Shown here: positions 1 to 13,379 of the stretch, in pieces | Numbering within the stretch: position 1 is the first letter of the stretch | Layout: each line of letters begins with the position of its first letter | From: Felis catus | Lineage: Eukaryota | Direction of reading: 5' to 3' | Length of the DNA: 64,000 nucleotides | Assembly: GCF_018350175.1 (NCBI RefSeq) | Contig: NC_058368.1 | Location: 11,966,001 to 12,030,000 of the forward strand | Translations under genes and position numbers: made by a program | Notes under the pieces: model-generated | What the model saw: the letters and a program-made list of their open reading frames with translations, nothing else | The model's database searches: none | Told to the model about the DNA's origin: nothing

Positions 1-109
1 TATCATTGTTATCTCTGGGTAAAAAGGGAGGAGGTACGGATGGGTTATGGATTATAGCCACACTGTTACATTTCCTTACAAAAAGGTACTGCTATTTGGG
101 GCTAGCATA

Positions 110-573
110 CAGTAGTCCCCCCCCCCCCCCCCTTACCTGTTTTGCTTTCTGCGGTTTCATCTGTCTATGGTCACCTGCAGTGCAGAAGCAGGTAATCCTC
201 CTTCTGAGGGATTGTCACACGGTCAATAGAAGCCTAGTGCTGTCACAGTGTCTGCGTCATTCACTTTACTTCATTCTCCTCACAGAAGCATTTTGTTATC
301 TCACATCATCCTAACCAGAAGAGTGAATGCAGTACAATAAGGTATTTTGAGAGACTACATTCACATAGTTTTTATCACCATATATTATAATCGTTCTGTT
401 TTATCGGTATTGTTAATCTCTTTTGTGCCTAATTTATAAATTAAGCTTTATCATAGATATGTATGTATGGGGAAAATACATAATGTATTTTCTAGGGTTC
501 GGTCCTATCCATGGTTTCAGGCATCCACTGGGGTCTTAGAATGTACCCCCCTGTGGATATGGGAGGACTGCTA
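110..573 (+). mobile_element. MER44B-like non-autonomous Tigger7 (TcMar) DNA transposon
   Basis: Starts TA|CAGTAGTCCCC and ends GGCATCCACTGGGGTCTTAGAATGTACCCCCCTGTGGATATGGGAGGACTG, matching recalled MER44 terminal inverted repeats; internal TGTGCCTAATTTATAAATTAAGCTTTATCATAG is MER44-typical. Confidence 0.85.
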
Positions 574-1948
574 CGTGTGCTGGAAGTGGGCTTACCATCT
601 GTCTTTACATATTTTCGCATTAGTCTCTTGCTTATTAAATATATGGAAGATACCTTCTAGTGAGTCACCTATCTTTAAGCATTTTAAAATGGTATTTTCT
701 GTCATATGATACAGAGGTTTTTCCTTTTTGCGAGCACAAATCTGTCGGTATTTTTCATTATGTCTTCTGGGATTTGTGCTTACTACAAGATTGTGATAAT
801 ACTTTCCTGTTTTCTTCTAATACTTACAGGTTGTTTGTTTTTGTTGTTTACGTTATTTAACCCACCTGGGGACTATTTTTGTATCTTGCATATGATTGTG
901 GTATAACTTAATTTTCTCTTGAGTGTAGTTACTTCTCTTAACACAGTTTATTGTATAGTTTCTCTTACCTCTACTAGTTTGAAATGCCACAGGTAACATG
1001 AACTAAATCTCTATCCACCTGCATCTGTTTTTAGTCATATTTGATTGATTTCTGTCTATGCCTATAACCAACATCTAGTGTAATTACTATACCTATGTGT
1101 TTTTATATTTGGTCTGAAAAATTTCCCTAAGTTTTAATTTTAACACGTCTTAGTATTCCTGGCTATTCTTGTTGTTTTCTTATTCAAAATACCAACATCT
1201 TTACAATAATACTGAGTCTGCTCACTGAGAGATTTTTTTAAAAGGCCTTCCCTTCAAGCAGTTTTGTTATTTTCTCCATAAGAATAGGCTTTGCATCTTT
1301 AAATATATATATATTTTATGGATTTTAGTATCATTGCAAACATTGTTATTGTTATTCCTTTATTTTTTAATTGGTTATGCCTGCTGAGTTAATGTTTTCA
1401 GTCACTTTACTGAACTTCTCTATTGCTGTAACAGTTTTCCAGTTAATTCTCTTGGATTTATTAGATAGATAACACTCTCTCCAAATAGTTCTGCCAGTAT
1501 TACTCCAAATTGTTGTGATACATGTATGTCATGTTTTTCTGGTCTAATTGTGTTGGTTGACACCTTTAGAGCATTGTTAAATAGAAAGCCTCTTGCCTTT
1601 TTCCAGTTTAAGAAAGTTTCTATTTCTGTTTAATCAGGGATATTAAAAAATAAAATTTGCAGTGTGTGTTGAATTCCATGTTTGCATAACAGTTTATGGG
1701 GTTTTTAAATGTAATTATTAATGTAATGAATTATATATACAGTCATCCTTGCTTTGGTAGGATTAACCCAGCTCGGCTTGGTCATGATAGATTCAGTGTG
1801 CTAACATTTTTCTTAATATCCTTATTTCCATGTTGAGTAATAAGGTTAGTTTATAATCTTCTTTGTTGTGTTGAAACTTTTTTGAGTATTGGTATAAGGG
1901 GTTTTGCTGACCTTCTAGAATTAGTTGAAAAGCTGACTATATTTTTCT

Positions 1949-2164
1949 TTTAAAAAAAAATTTTTTTTTAACATTTATTTTTGAGACAGAGAGAGAGCAT
2001 GAACGGGGGGGAGAGTCAGAGAGAGGGAGACACAGAATCTGAAACAGGCTCCAGGCTCTGAGCTGTCAGCACAGAGCCCGACGCGGGGCTCAAACTCACA
2101 GACCGCAAGATCACGACCTGAGCCAAAGTTGGACACTTAACCGACTGAGCCACCCAGGTGCCCC
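1949..2164 (-). mobile_element. Can-SINE (SINEC_Fc type)
   Basis: Antisense SINE body ending GAGCCACCCAGGTGCCCC; 20-bp TSD AAAGCTGACTATATTTTTCT at 1929-1948 and 2166-2185. Confidence 0.97.
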
Positions 2165-2914
2165 GAAAGCTGACTATATTTTTCTATGAAACAGTTTATA
2201 TAATGTAGGAGTTATTTACTTCCCAAAATCTTGACAGAGCTTACATTTAAATTGTACATGGTGCCTTTTTAAACGTCATTTTTAAAAATTTCCAAGTTAA
2301 TATTTCAGAGATCCAGGAAACAATACAGTCGACCATCATGATCTCATTCTCCAAGTTTAAAAGGTGTTAACACTTTACCATATTTTTTTCAGTTCTGATC
2401 CTCCCTCCTCCCCCAGTACATACACACGTTCTTTTTCTCCTCTCCCTGTGAGGGAGCAGCAAAATCTCTCAGGAATGTTTACCAGTCAGTGTTGCAATGT
2501 TTCTTTCTTGTGTTTTAAGAGTAAACATTCCATAACTGTGCCACAGATGCTGGGGAAATGATTGAATTTATGTTTGTCCCTTCATGGGGAGAGATATGCT
2601 CCCTTTTAGTATATGTGCGATGCAAAAGCTGCATCCTTCTTTTGTTTTTAATAAGAAGTAAGATAATCAAAAGGTGTGACTAAAGCTTAGAACCTCTTTC
2701 CTCTTCGTTTTTTACTAAGAGATAACTATCCTGATATTAATGTGTATTTTTCCCATGAATGTTTTCATCATTTTACACATGTATATGAAAAAAAATACAT
2801 GGGACTATTTTATGTGTTTTTAAACATGGAAGAAAGCCTATCATGTCCATAATTTTGACCTGTTTTTCACCCAGTACCGAGTCTTGGAGATGTAGCTCTG
2901 TTGATACCTACTGA

Positions 2915-3059
2915 TCTCTCCATTTTTCACAATATAACATCTCTGAAATTGTATGCTTCTTAAATCAGTAATGTCTTAAAATTGGCAGCATTTCTTTCTT
3001 AATGACAAAATAATGGTGTGCCTTATAATTGATGGCATCTAAGATTTGATTAAATCCTG
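2915..3059. mobile_element. MER104-like (TcMar-Tc2) DNA transposon remnant
   Basis: ATAATGGTGTGCCTTATAATTGATGGCATCTAAGATTTGATTAAATCCTG resembles the recalled MER104 terminus. Confidence 0.6.
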
Positions 3060-4802
3060 TAGTTAATTCCTCTTAATTGCTTTTGTAAGGCATTCTATTG
3101 TTTGAATATACCACAATTAATCCATTATAAAAATCCATTGTAAAGCACTGTTAACCATTTTTCTTTTGATGGATAATCAGATATTTTGCACCTTCACTAT
3201 TGCAAACCAGTGCCCAAGTGAACAAACATCCTTCCTGTCTCATAAAAACAATCATTTGGAATGAAAATGTTGAATTTAATGACTATGGAAATGCTACTTT
3301 TAGGTATTGCCAAATTGCATTCCAAAATAGTTGTATTACTTTATATTCCCACCAGTAATGTATAAGAGCTTTTGTTTGCTTTTCATTTTTAGACTCGTAT
3401 CCATTTGAAATTAACTCTGTGTGTGCTGTGAGTTAGGGGTCTAATTTTTTACAAATGCATAGCCTTTCACCTCAGCACTATTAATTTATTTTTCTACTTT
3501 TATTTAAATGCCACATCTGTCATATACCAAGTGCCTTTTTACGATGACAAAATATTAAAAGTTAATATTTATTTTTATGTTTGTAATATTTCTAGGCTCT
3601 CTTTTGTGCTCCATTAGTTTATATATTTCACTCTAGTGAAATAAATATATTAGTTTATATATTTTGCTTTCCTATTTTCACTCGATAGTTTTGTAGTAAG
3701 GCATCTCCCTTATTAATACCCTTCAAAATTGTCTTGGCTGTTGTCTTTTCACACATTGCACATGAATTTTAAAACCAGGTTGGCAAATTCTGGGGGGGAA
3801 ATCCTTCAGATTTTTATCCAAATTGTGTTCAGATTTTTTTGGAGATGATGATCATCTCTATGATATTGAATCTTCCCACCCATAAATACAGTCAGGTGGT
3901 TGGTGTCTATCTATCTTTTATATCTATCAGTAAGTTTTACAGTGTCCTTGATAAGAGTCATGAGAATTGTATCTTTCCTTATTGCTTTTTCTGTTTATTG
4001 CTGGTGGATAGGAACACTAGCTTAGCCTACCCTTACTCCTTTACCCTGAGTCTGTTGGGGCCTAAAAGCTTTTTTAGGAGCTGAAGCTCTTACTATCTTT
4101 TTAAGCCTCTTTTATGGTTTTTTAATACAAGTTTCCCACTTCTTCCTGAAGTGAAGCTTTGGTAACCCATATTTTCTTTGGATATTGTGCATGTCTGGAT
4201 TTTAGAATTTGTAGGTAAAAGTTTTAGATAGGCTATTTTATTTCATAAATCTCTGCATCATCTCTATGTATTTTTTTCTTGACTCAAAAATATTTGGCAC
4301 CTGTTGTTTTTCCTCTGTCCCTGGATTTCATTGAAATTTTCTTAACAACCAGCTTTTGGTTTTTTTGATTGAGCATTTTTTTGTTGTTGCTTGTTATCTT
4401 TGTAATTTCTACAGTGATCTTCATTTTTTTTTCTTTCAACTGTACTCGAATTTATTGGTTCTTCTTTTAGTCTCTTGGGCTGTATACTTTGTTCATGTAC
4501 CTTTAGTCTCTTTGTTTTGTAATGTATACATTTCTAAGTACTACTTGATTACATTCCAAGGGTTTTCTGTTTTGTGTTTGTTTTTTTGTAGTGTTTTTCT
4601 TGTTACTCATTTCTAAATAGCTTATAATTTTGGTTTTGATTCTTAAACCTGGTTTTCTCTCAGAAAACTTAAAAAAACTCTGGATAGGTTTGAAGGGGGG
4701 AAGTACTTTTGTTATCTTTTTGTGATTAATTTTTAATTCAAATGTGGGCGAAGAGTATCATTTGTGTGATCTTGCTTTGTGGTCTGTATTGAAAGATTTT
4801 GG

Positions 4803-4808
4803 TGTGTG

Positions 4809-4850
<42 letters not shown>
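4803..4850. repeat. (TG)n microsatellite
   Basis: Direct reading; one TT interruption. Confidence 0.97.
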
Positions 4851-4851
<1 letters not shown>

Positions 4852-6649
4852 TTCTGTTTCTATCTGTGTCTGAAAAGAAGGTTTATACACAGTATTTTAG
4901 GTACCAAATTCTGTATATGTGTGTGTGTTTTAGATTGAGCTTGATTATTGGATTATTTCAATTTTTATATCTTGTTTTTATTGTCTGTCAAACCTGTTGG
5001 TTTAAGAGAGTTCTGTTAATATTCCACCTGAATATTGTGAATGTGTCCATTATCCTTTGTATCAGTTTTTATTTTATATATTTTGAAAGTTGTGTTGTTA
5101 GAAGTTCCATGACTGATACATATTCTTGATGGATTGTACCATTTCAACAGCATAAAGTATGTTTTCCCCCTTTACTGCTTTGCTTGAATTCTGTTTGACC
5201 TTAACCTTGCTACACTTTTTATTTGATACCCCCTTTTTCCGACTTCCCTGTGTCATTTTGTTTTACATCTGATCTTAAAACAGCATATAGTTGTCTTCAT
5301 TATTTATTTTCCTCCATTTTCTCCGTGCTCTTTTGGTAATTCTTTTTAGATTTCTAGAGCTTTTCAAATTGTCTTCCCTATCTCAACTTTATCCTTGCAA
5401 TACTTATCTCTATCATGTGTGTTGGGCTTCTTCCTAAAGATTTGTTTTTTTATTTCTAGATTTGTCAAAATTTCTACATTTTAGTTTTCTTATCTTACTG
5501 TGGATTTATCTGCAGTGTGTATGTTCTTACCTGTTTTCGTAAAATAATTTCATGAAGTAATTGCCAATACTCAATTTTCTGTCTGGATCCATAGAATTCC
5601 TTGATTTCAGCACTTATATTGTACTCCTACTCATTTTTCTTCCTATTTGTTTGGGGGAGTAAAGTTTCATAAGCTTGGCTTAATCCATCATCTTTGAGCC
5701 TTCCTGAGCTGCTTAAAAAACACAAAAACCTAGTTATCTTAGCATGTCTTTGCTACCATTACTTATCTCTATAGGTTGTAATCACTTCAGTTCTTCAGAG
5801 CTTATAGTATCCAGCCCGATTCAGAGCAACTCATTTTGTAGGAGAGTTATTAGAGTTATTAAATCCAATCTTCTCAGTTCTCTTTTCCATGATTTCTATA
5901 TATCACTTTTGGACAGTGTTAGAATAGGGTTTTCTTTCTACTTTTCTGAATGTCATTTTTACTGGTGGTTTTTCTTCCTTACTCCTTAATTGGCATTGTA
6001 AGTTAACGTGAAAATTGTCAACATTTTGCCCTCTTTCTAAAAACAAAAGACAGTTTTACTGACTTCTGCACAGTAGAAATGGTACTCTTTGTTGATTAAG
6101 AAAATTTATACATATAGGTGTAAGTTAAGTCGAGCCGTATCATAAATTATTTAACTTATACTGATTTTAGAACCTATTCCCTTGGAAAGATGTAATTCTC
6201 CTATCTCCTTTAATCCCCAAAATGCATGATATAATATGATTGAATAAGTATGTAAAAGGCAAATACTTAAAATGAAGTAAGTCTTACAGGAAGCAAGATT
6301 CTCCATTCCCCAGTGTTTTCAGTTGTTTGAATACCTTGACACCTAAATATACATCCTTCTACATCTTTCATAGGTTTAAGACACTGTTTCTTAAATTTTA
6401 GTGTGCACTACTTTGGGTTATACATATAAAACCATGGGAGATGTAAAGGATTTTTAAGGGTACTTTGACTATACCTAAATTTATATGGCAACTTTAGACT
6501 TGCCACACTCGATGAATTTTTATTCTCCACATATTTGAATGATACTACTATATATATGGAAAAGACATGTAGTGAAACTTGTGTAAATGTAGATCCGTTC
6601 ATTCCTTGTGTTAACTCCAGGTATAAATGAAAGTGTAGACAAATAGCTA

Positions 6650-6760
6650 GTAGAGCCTCATGCTCCTGGCTTTGCAGGTTTAACAGATGTGTGATCTTAC
6701 ACAAGCCATTTTACATGTCTGTGTTTCATTCCCTCATCTGTAAAATGGGAGTAAGTAGCC
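6650..6760 (+). mobile_element. MIR fragment
   Basis: MIR core CCCTCATCTGTAAAATGGG. Confidence 0.75.
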
Positions 6761-6803
6761 TTTTTTGAAAAACCTCAAAGTATAGTCAAAATACAGTGTG
6801 TGT

Positions 6804-6805
6804 AA

Positions 6806-6876
<71 letters not shown>
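6804..6876. repeat. Compound poly(A)-(TA)n microsatellite
   Basis: Direct reading. Confidence 0.97.
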
Positions 6877-6880
<4 letters not shown>

Positions 6881-7002
6881 AAGCCCTTAGTTGTCAAGAA
6901 TTCAGTTATCAGGATAACTACCCACTATTAGACAAGACAGTAGTAGTTGGTTCTTAAAATATGTGTAACTGAAAAAGCAAGATACATGGGGAACTGAGAG
7001 TT

Positions 7003-7005
<3 letters not shown>

Positions 7006-7047
<42 letters not shown>
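7006..7047. repeat. (GT)n microsatellite
   Basis: Direct reading. Confidence 0.97.
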
Positions 7048-7049
<2 letters not shown>

Positions 7050-7199
7050 TGAGGTGTATGTGTTATATATGAACTGTTTTAGGGCAAACTTTCCATCCTT
7101 TTATAGTAACCACCTTTGGTGGTTTCTTAAATCCCTGACCTCTATTAATTGCCCAAATCATAGTTCATCTTGCCCACTAATCCTGTTATGTTTTTTCTA

Positions 7200-7860
7200 G
7201 TTTTTTTTTATTGTGATAAAAAACACATCACAAAATTTGCCATCTTAACCATTTTTAAGTGCACAGTTTAGTGGTATTAAATATATTCATGATGCACGAC
7301 CATCATAATTCTTCTTGCGGAAGTGAAACTATACCCATTATGCAATAATTCCCCATTCCCCTTCCTTCCAGCCCTGGGAACTACCATTCTGCTTTGCCTC
7401 TATGATTTGACTACACTCTAAGTACCTCATATTAAGTGGAATCCTGCTGTATTTGTGTTTTTGTGACTGACTTATTTTACTTAGCATAATGTCCTCAAGA
7501 TTTATCCATGTTGTAACACGTGTCAATTTCCTTTTTTTTTTTTTTTTTTTTTTTTTAAAGACTGAATGACACTCCCCTGTATGTATGTACCACATTTTTC
7601 TTGTCCATCTGTTACTGGACACTTGGGTTGCTTCCACACTTTGTTGTGAATAATGCTGCTGTGAACATGGGGGTTGCAAATATCTATTTGAGACTCTGCT
7701 TTCAATTCCCTTGGGTGTATACCCAGAAGTGAAATTGCTGGATCAGGTGGTAATTCCATTAAAATTCTTTGAGGAACCTTCATATTGTTTTGCACAGCAG
7801 CTATGCCATTTTACATTCCCACCAACAGTGCACAAGGGCTCCAATTTCTCCACACCACAG
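7200..7860 (-). mobile_element. L1MB-type LINE1 3' end
   Basis: Antisense L1 3' UTR and ORF2 C-terminus; ORF 7523..7795 reads ELPPDPAISLLGIHPRELK, the decayed ORF2p C-terminal motif (ELPYDPAIPLLGIYP). Confidence 0.9.
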
Positions 7861-9089
7861 AACCTGTTTTGATTTGTTTATTATGTGTTGGTCTGTAATC
7901 CTAACCAAATCTGAATCTGAGACTAAGCCCTGTCCCTTCTTGCCTTACCTTCTGCTAATGACATGTTAAACTTTAGCTTACTGTTTTAAGTGGCCCAACT
8001 TGATTACACTGTAGAAATGCCATTGTTTTTCTGAATACCTAGGATATAGACCTTCATGGAATCTTATCTATCCTACCTTTTAAAACCCGGAGACTCTATT
8101 CTTTCTATGCCAGTGCAACTGTTGAAAAAAAAAGAATTGAAATAAATACAAAATTTCATAGGTAAAGAAACAGCCATAAATCTATACCACAAATTATGAA
8201 CAATATCTGTCAAATATTTTTGGACTAAAGGTAAATTCCAAGAGCATCGTGAAAACAGACATCAAGAAAGAATTCTCCAAAACAGTCACCATTCTGAAAA
8301 GTCCACTTACAGACCATCCGATAGGAGTGTCAAGTTGGTCATGGGGCTTAGTTAGACCTTTGACAAGTGCTGGAAATGAGAAATTTCATGGAATCACTAC
8401 CTTTCCTGCCTTTCAGTCTCCAGATGGAGAGAGAATTTATCTGATAGTGAGAGATGGCCAGAGGGAAACACAGCTGCACAACCCCCTTGCAGTTGGTGAC
8501 TGAATTCAACCCAGAGAAACACCAGCTGGATCTCCAGAAAATCTATGACAAAGGCTTTACTGTGAGCCTACTGACCTCTTGCTCTGCAGGAGGTGGCGCA
8601 AAAATGGAGTGTGGATGTGCTCCCTCCCCCATGTACCCCTTGGTGAGAATGTATTCTGAAATCCAAATTAAAACTGTCAGCTGTTTCAGAACCAATTTCC
8701 CTTACAATGTCCTGGACATTGTAAATAGAGGGCCTGGATAGAATTGCTATCATCAGAAGATAACTAATGGGCAGAAAGGAACCAGCAGAGGAATTGGATA
8801 GTCACCACAACCCAACCAGACCCTTCCTACCCCCCACACACCCCCCCCTTCCCAAAGGGACAGAATGAAGAATCTATGTCCAAAGAATATTCCAGGCAAG
8901 CAGATACCAGACATTCTCCATACTCTCAATGATATGGGAGAACTCAGAAAAAGAGCCCAAAGAAGTGATGAGATTGAGGAGATGAAAGCTTAGTGTGCAA
9001 ATACTTACAGATAAAAGTATATCAGGGATCAAAACAAGATAGATCTAATAGATACATGTTAAATCCTTGGTCCTTGAAATAGAATATAC

Positions 9090-9316
9090 GTAAAATTTTT
9101 TTTAGTGCAAGCAGGGGACAGGAGCAGTGGGGGGAGAGAGGATTTTTTTTTTTTTTAATGTTTGTTTATTCTTGAGACAGCGTGAACAGGGGATGGGCAG
9201 AGAGAGAGGGAGACACAGAATCTGAAACAGCCTGACGCGGGGCTCGAACCCATGAACTGTGAGATCATGACCTGAGCCAAAGTTGGATGCTTAACTGACT
9301 GAGCCACCCAGGCACC

Positions 9317-9355
<39 letters not shown>

Positions 9356-9485
9356 AGAGAGAATCTTAGGCAGGCTTCACACTTAGCATGGAACCTGACG
9401 CAGGGCTTGATCCCATGACGCTGGGATGATGACCTGAGCTGAAATCAAGTTGTATGCTCAACTGACTGAGCCACCCAGGTACCCC
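9090..9485 (-). mobile_element. Older Can-SINE containing a nested younger SINE (9143-9318)
   Basis: Outer TSD AGAATATAC at 9081-9089 and 9486-9494; the inner SINE sits in the (GA)n tract and lacks the usual GCTCCAGGCTCTGAGCTGTCAGCACAG segment. Confidence 0.9.
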
Positions 9486-9704
9486 AGAATATACCTTTTC
9501 AAGCAACCCTGGATCATTTACAGAAATTGGCTATCATGCCAGAAACAATCTCAAATTCTAAAATTAAAAATTAAAACCAAAGAAATATTTAATTGGAGTT
9601 TTTCTTTTTATATGTATATATATTTTCAGATCCAGGGGAAAAAATAGGTGAGTAGCTAGAAAGTAACTGTAATAATACCATTGCCAAAGGCAATTTATCT
9701 CTAC

Positions 9705-9880
9705 CCTATGGTTGAGAATGTGAACTTCACAGCCACAGCCTGATGGGGTTATGTCTGCTGCACATCAGATGTGCAACTTGAGCAGGTTGTATAACCTCAG
9801 GTTCTCCGTTTCTATGGATTAGATGAATGTACAGAAGAACCTAACACATGGTAAGTGCTCGAAAACTTCGCTATTACCAT
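9705..9880 (+). mobile_element. MIR fragment
   Basis: 3' MIR motif CCTAACACATGGTAAGTGCTCGAAAACTTCGCTATTA. Confidence 0.6.
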
Positions 9881-9884
9881 TTTC

Positions 9885-10400
9885 TAAGATGGCTGGTGTG
9901 GCTAGAATGGGGTAAAGGGAGAGCCATGTGCTAGGTGAAGTCAGAAGTGTAGGGAACACAGATATAGGGCCTTGAAGGCTAACGTAAGGACTGTGTCTTT
10001 CACTCAAGTGTGATGGGAAGCCATTTGAGGTTTTAAACAGAGAAGTCTTATACTCTGACTTCCATTTTAAAGATTCATTTACGTAATCTCTATTACGTCT
10101 CACGACCCTGAAATCAAGAGTCTCATGCTCCAACTGAGCCAGCTAGGCGCTCCTGACTTCCATTTTAAAAGGATCCTCTGGCTAACGTGATGAGGACAGA
10201 GAGGAGGGCTGAGACGGTAAGACCAGTGAAGGAGACTGTTGCATTAATCTGGGTGATATATGACTGGAAAGGCCATGATGGACTGGGATGGTAGTTACGG
10301 ATGTAGTGAGAACTGTATGGATATGTACTGAAGGTAGACCCACCATGATTTGCTGAAATGAACCTGACCCAAACGCTGGAGAGGTGGAGAGGCCATTAAC
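9885..10400 (-). mobile_element. L2 fragment interrupted by a short SINE
   Basis: L2 motifs GATGGGAAGCCATTTGAGGTTTTAAACAG and CATTTTAAAAGGATCCTCTGGCT. Confidence 0.75.
10072..10152 (-). mobile_element. Short tRNA-derived carnivore SINE variant with internal deletion
   Basis: Reverse complement GAGCGCCTAGCTGGCTCAGTTGGAGCATGAGACTCTTGATTTCAGGGTCGTGAG...TAGAGATTAC; 17-bp direct repeat CTGACTTCCATTTTAAA at 10055-10071 and 10153-10169. Confidence 0.85.
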
Positions 10401-11464
10401 TGAGCGATGTCTATTATTACTAAAGAACTAGGCTAGACAATAATTAGAGAATAAATATTCTTTTCTAAATATGGGATTGGATTCTTGAATTCTCCAGCGA
10501 GTTATGAGCTGTGTGGAATTCATAGCTGACCTTTAGGGGAATGAGTCTGCTCCCAGATTCCCTTGCAGGGGAGCCTGAGCTGACACTGGGGACCTACATT
10601 CACCCTGTTCACAAATTAGAGCCCCTCTCCCTCAGGAGCCCATGGTGATTCAACAGATAATAGTGACAAACATCTGGTGGAAGGTGCTGCAAGAAACCAA
10701 GATGTGACATTTTCTCCCGTGGTAAAAGTGTGGGGTGAGAAATCCCTCTTGTGAGATACTCACCCAGGTTTGGAGAACACCAAGCCTCCAGACTGGGAGT
10801 CAGTTGGCCCCAAGCTATCCTTGGTGAGTGTAGAGAGAATGAAACTGAGAAAGTGTGTGAAGGAGAAATTTATCAAATAAAATTATGTTTACTGTATGAT
10901 CTGACCTGATTTACACTAAAATTTACAATTCATTGGTGAGATTGGGCTGGTTTGGGCAGACTGTGAAGAAGCAGGGTTCTCTGCATTAACTGACACAAGG
11001 CAGAATCAGAGACACAGAGACACTGGGTTACTGTTTTTGGGTTTGGTAACCTGGAATGTCACAAGTGCCTTTTCATAGGGCAGTGTCAGGGCACTGTGGG
11101 GGTGGAGGGGAGGGGGGCTGAAGCCAGACTGGGTTGAGTGGATGGGAAGTTGGGAAATGGTGACAGTGGAGACTGATTTGGGGACATTTGGGTGATAAGC
11201 CAAGAGGAGAGTTTTTGTTTGTTTGTTTTTAAGGCCTAGATTAAACTTGAACATCTTTTCTCCACAAAAAATATATATATTTTGGGGTTCCTGTCCACAG
11301 CCTTTTTGAGGAGTCTGGCTTGGCCCACAGCCCCTGCTGAGTCACATGAGACTGTGAAGGCATAGCCTATTCACGAGTGACCTATGCATTATGTGATCTT
11401 AGAAGTTAAGCCACACCCACTTGAATTTCCCCCTAGGAATCTGAATTAAAGACACGGACAACAT

Positions 11465-11928
11465 GAGGCACCTGCATGGCTTGGTTGGTTCAGTGTCTTA
11501 CTCTTGATTTCGGCTCAGGTCAGGTCATGATCTCACAGTTGCTGAGACCAGGCCCCACATCGGGCTCTGTGCTGACAGCACAGAATCAGCTTGGGATTCT
11601 CTCTCTCCTTTCTCTCTGTTCCTCCTCTGCTCGAGCTCTTTCTCTCACTCAAAACAAATTAAAAAATAAACATTTTGGGGGCGCCTGGGTGGCTCAGTCG
11701 GTTGAGCGTCTGACTTCGACTCAGGTCATGATCTTGCGGTCTGTGAGTTCGAGCCCCGCGTCGGGCTCTGTGCTGCCGGCTCAGAGCCTGGAGCCTTGCT
11801 TTGGATTCTGTGTCTCCCTCTCTCTCTGCCCCTCCCCTCCCTCCGCTCTGTCTCTCTCTCTCTCTGTGTCAAAAATAAAAATAAAACATTAAAAAAAATT
11901 GTTTTTTTAAAAACATTTTTTTTTTTAA
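11465..11928 (+). mobile_element. Two head-to-tail Can-SINEs (older ~11465-11676, younger from 11677) under one outer TSD
   Basis: Outer TSD AAAGACAC(G/A)GACAACA at 11448-11463 and 11929-11944; second head GGGGGCGCCTGGGTGGCTCAG at 11677. Confidence 0.92.
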
Positions 11929-12707
11929 AAAGACACAGACAACAGTTTCTAGTGAGCTGTGGATAGTAAATATGAAACCGTTGGGCCACATGCAAGAGAA
12001 AGATGTGGATGAGAGAGGCTGGTCTCCAGAAGTGAATCAGTTCCTGCACCTTTTGAGCTCGATGGCCTTACCATAACCCTCTTTCCATTTCCTGTTACTC
12101 AAACTGGTTTGAAGGGATTTCAGCTCCTCCAGGATGAAAGGACCCTGACGGGAGCCGTCTTCCTTGGGTCTCCTTGTTTTCGGCCCCTCCTGCTCTGCCG
12201 TGTTGTACAGGTAAATAGCAGGGCGAGTACCCGAGTGCTGTCTTCACCATGTTCTTGACCGCGTTCTGCACAATAAAGTGTCAACTCAGTGAGCCCTTCA
12301 GAGCCTGCCAGGATATGGCCCATCCCGCCTTTCCAAACATCCTCGGGCTATTTTCTAATGTTAACTACTCCAACTAAACTGATGCACACCCATCACCCCA
12401 CCAGCCTGCTTGTCACCACTCTTGTGCCTAGTTCACCCCATTCTACCTGCCTGTGCTCTGTGCTGCTTCATTGCAGCACAGGTGGGGCGTCACCAGAGCC
12501 CCGCTCAGACCCCCTGACTCGACCTGACAGGCCTGAGTGGTTGGAACCCACGTTAAAATTTGAGAAGCATGGGTCTCTGCTGTCTGTGTAAATCTCGCCC
12601 CTGCTCTAGGTCCCGGCCTCTGGGCTGGGGTCCCCACTCTATCTTTTCTGACCCTATTGTGATCGTTGACCTCAATCTGAACTCCCGCAGCAGGGTCAGA
12701 AACCAAC

Positions 12708-12920
12708 AGTAGCTTTCCTGAGCGCTTGCTGTGAATTGGTTGCTGGAGTGAGCACTTTTATGTGTGTGTCACTCACTTCATACCTCAGAACAATCCTATG
12801 AGGTATCACTAGCCCCTTCTTCTAGATAAAGGAACCGAGACTCGGAGTAACTCACTATGTTCAAACAGCTAGTGTCAGAAACAACATTCGAATTGAGATC
12901 TTTCTGATTCTTGAGCCCAC
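12708..12920 (-). mobile_element. MIR
   Basis: CCTCAGAACAATCCTATGAGGTA...AGATAAGGAACCGAGACTC antisense MIR core. Confidence 0.8.
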
Positions 12921-13379
12921 GAAACCTTTCGTATACCCTTATGGCAAGAAGTCTGACTAAAACTGGACACGCTGGAGCATACACATCCACATGGATACTT
13001 CAGGGGGTTGACTGTGATGACTTATCATTTTCATTTTGCGAAGGACAGCCGTGAAATTATGCAGGAAATTAACAATTTCCATTATTCTGATTACAAGACA
13101 AACCATGCGTAGCTTGCGTCACTTCTCTTATACTTGGCATTTCCCCCTTCTCAAGGTCGAACATCTTCTCCGCATAATGTGTAGTAAAGTTTCTACACAA
13201 CAAAAACTTTACATTTTAAAATATCTACTTAAAAATGCCTCGGTGTTTTGCACACACTAGTCACATAACGAATATGTGTTGAACTCATTTGAGTCTCACA
13301 ATAATCATGTCATAGTCATCCCTACCTTACCCATATAGTCCCCCTTATCTATATAGCATATAGCATATGCTATATACCT

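Larger units (their letters stand above)
600..6000 (-). mobile_element. Fragmented ancient L1 (L1ME/L1M-type), interrupted by younger elements
   Basis: Long T-rich tract with decayed antisense L1 motifs (e.g. ACTTTATATTCCCACCAGTAATGTATAAGAG near 3340; ATATTGAATCTTCCCACCCATAAA near 3862). Boundaries approximate. Confidence 0.65.

Noticed and set aside
10636..10740. Exon-like stretch after CCCCTCTCCCTCAG (AHGDSTDNSDKHLVEGAARNQDVTFSPV)
   Set aside because: Peptide not recognised, donor ambiguous, no partner exons; cannot be supported without alignment.
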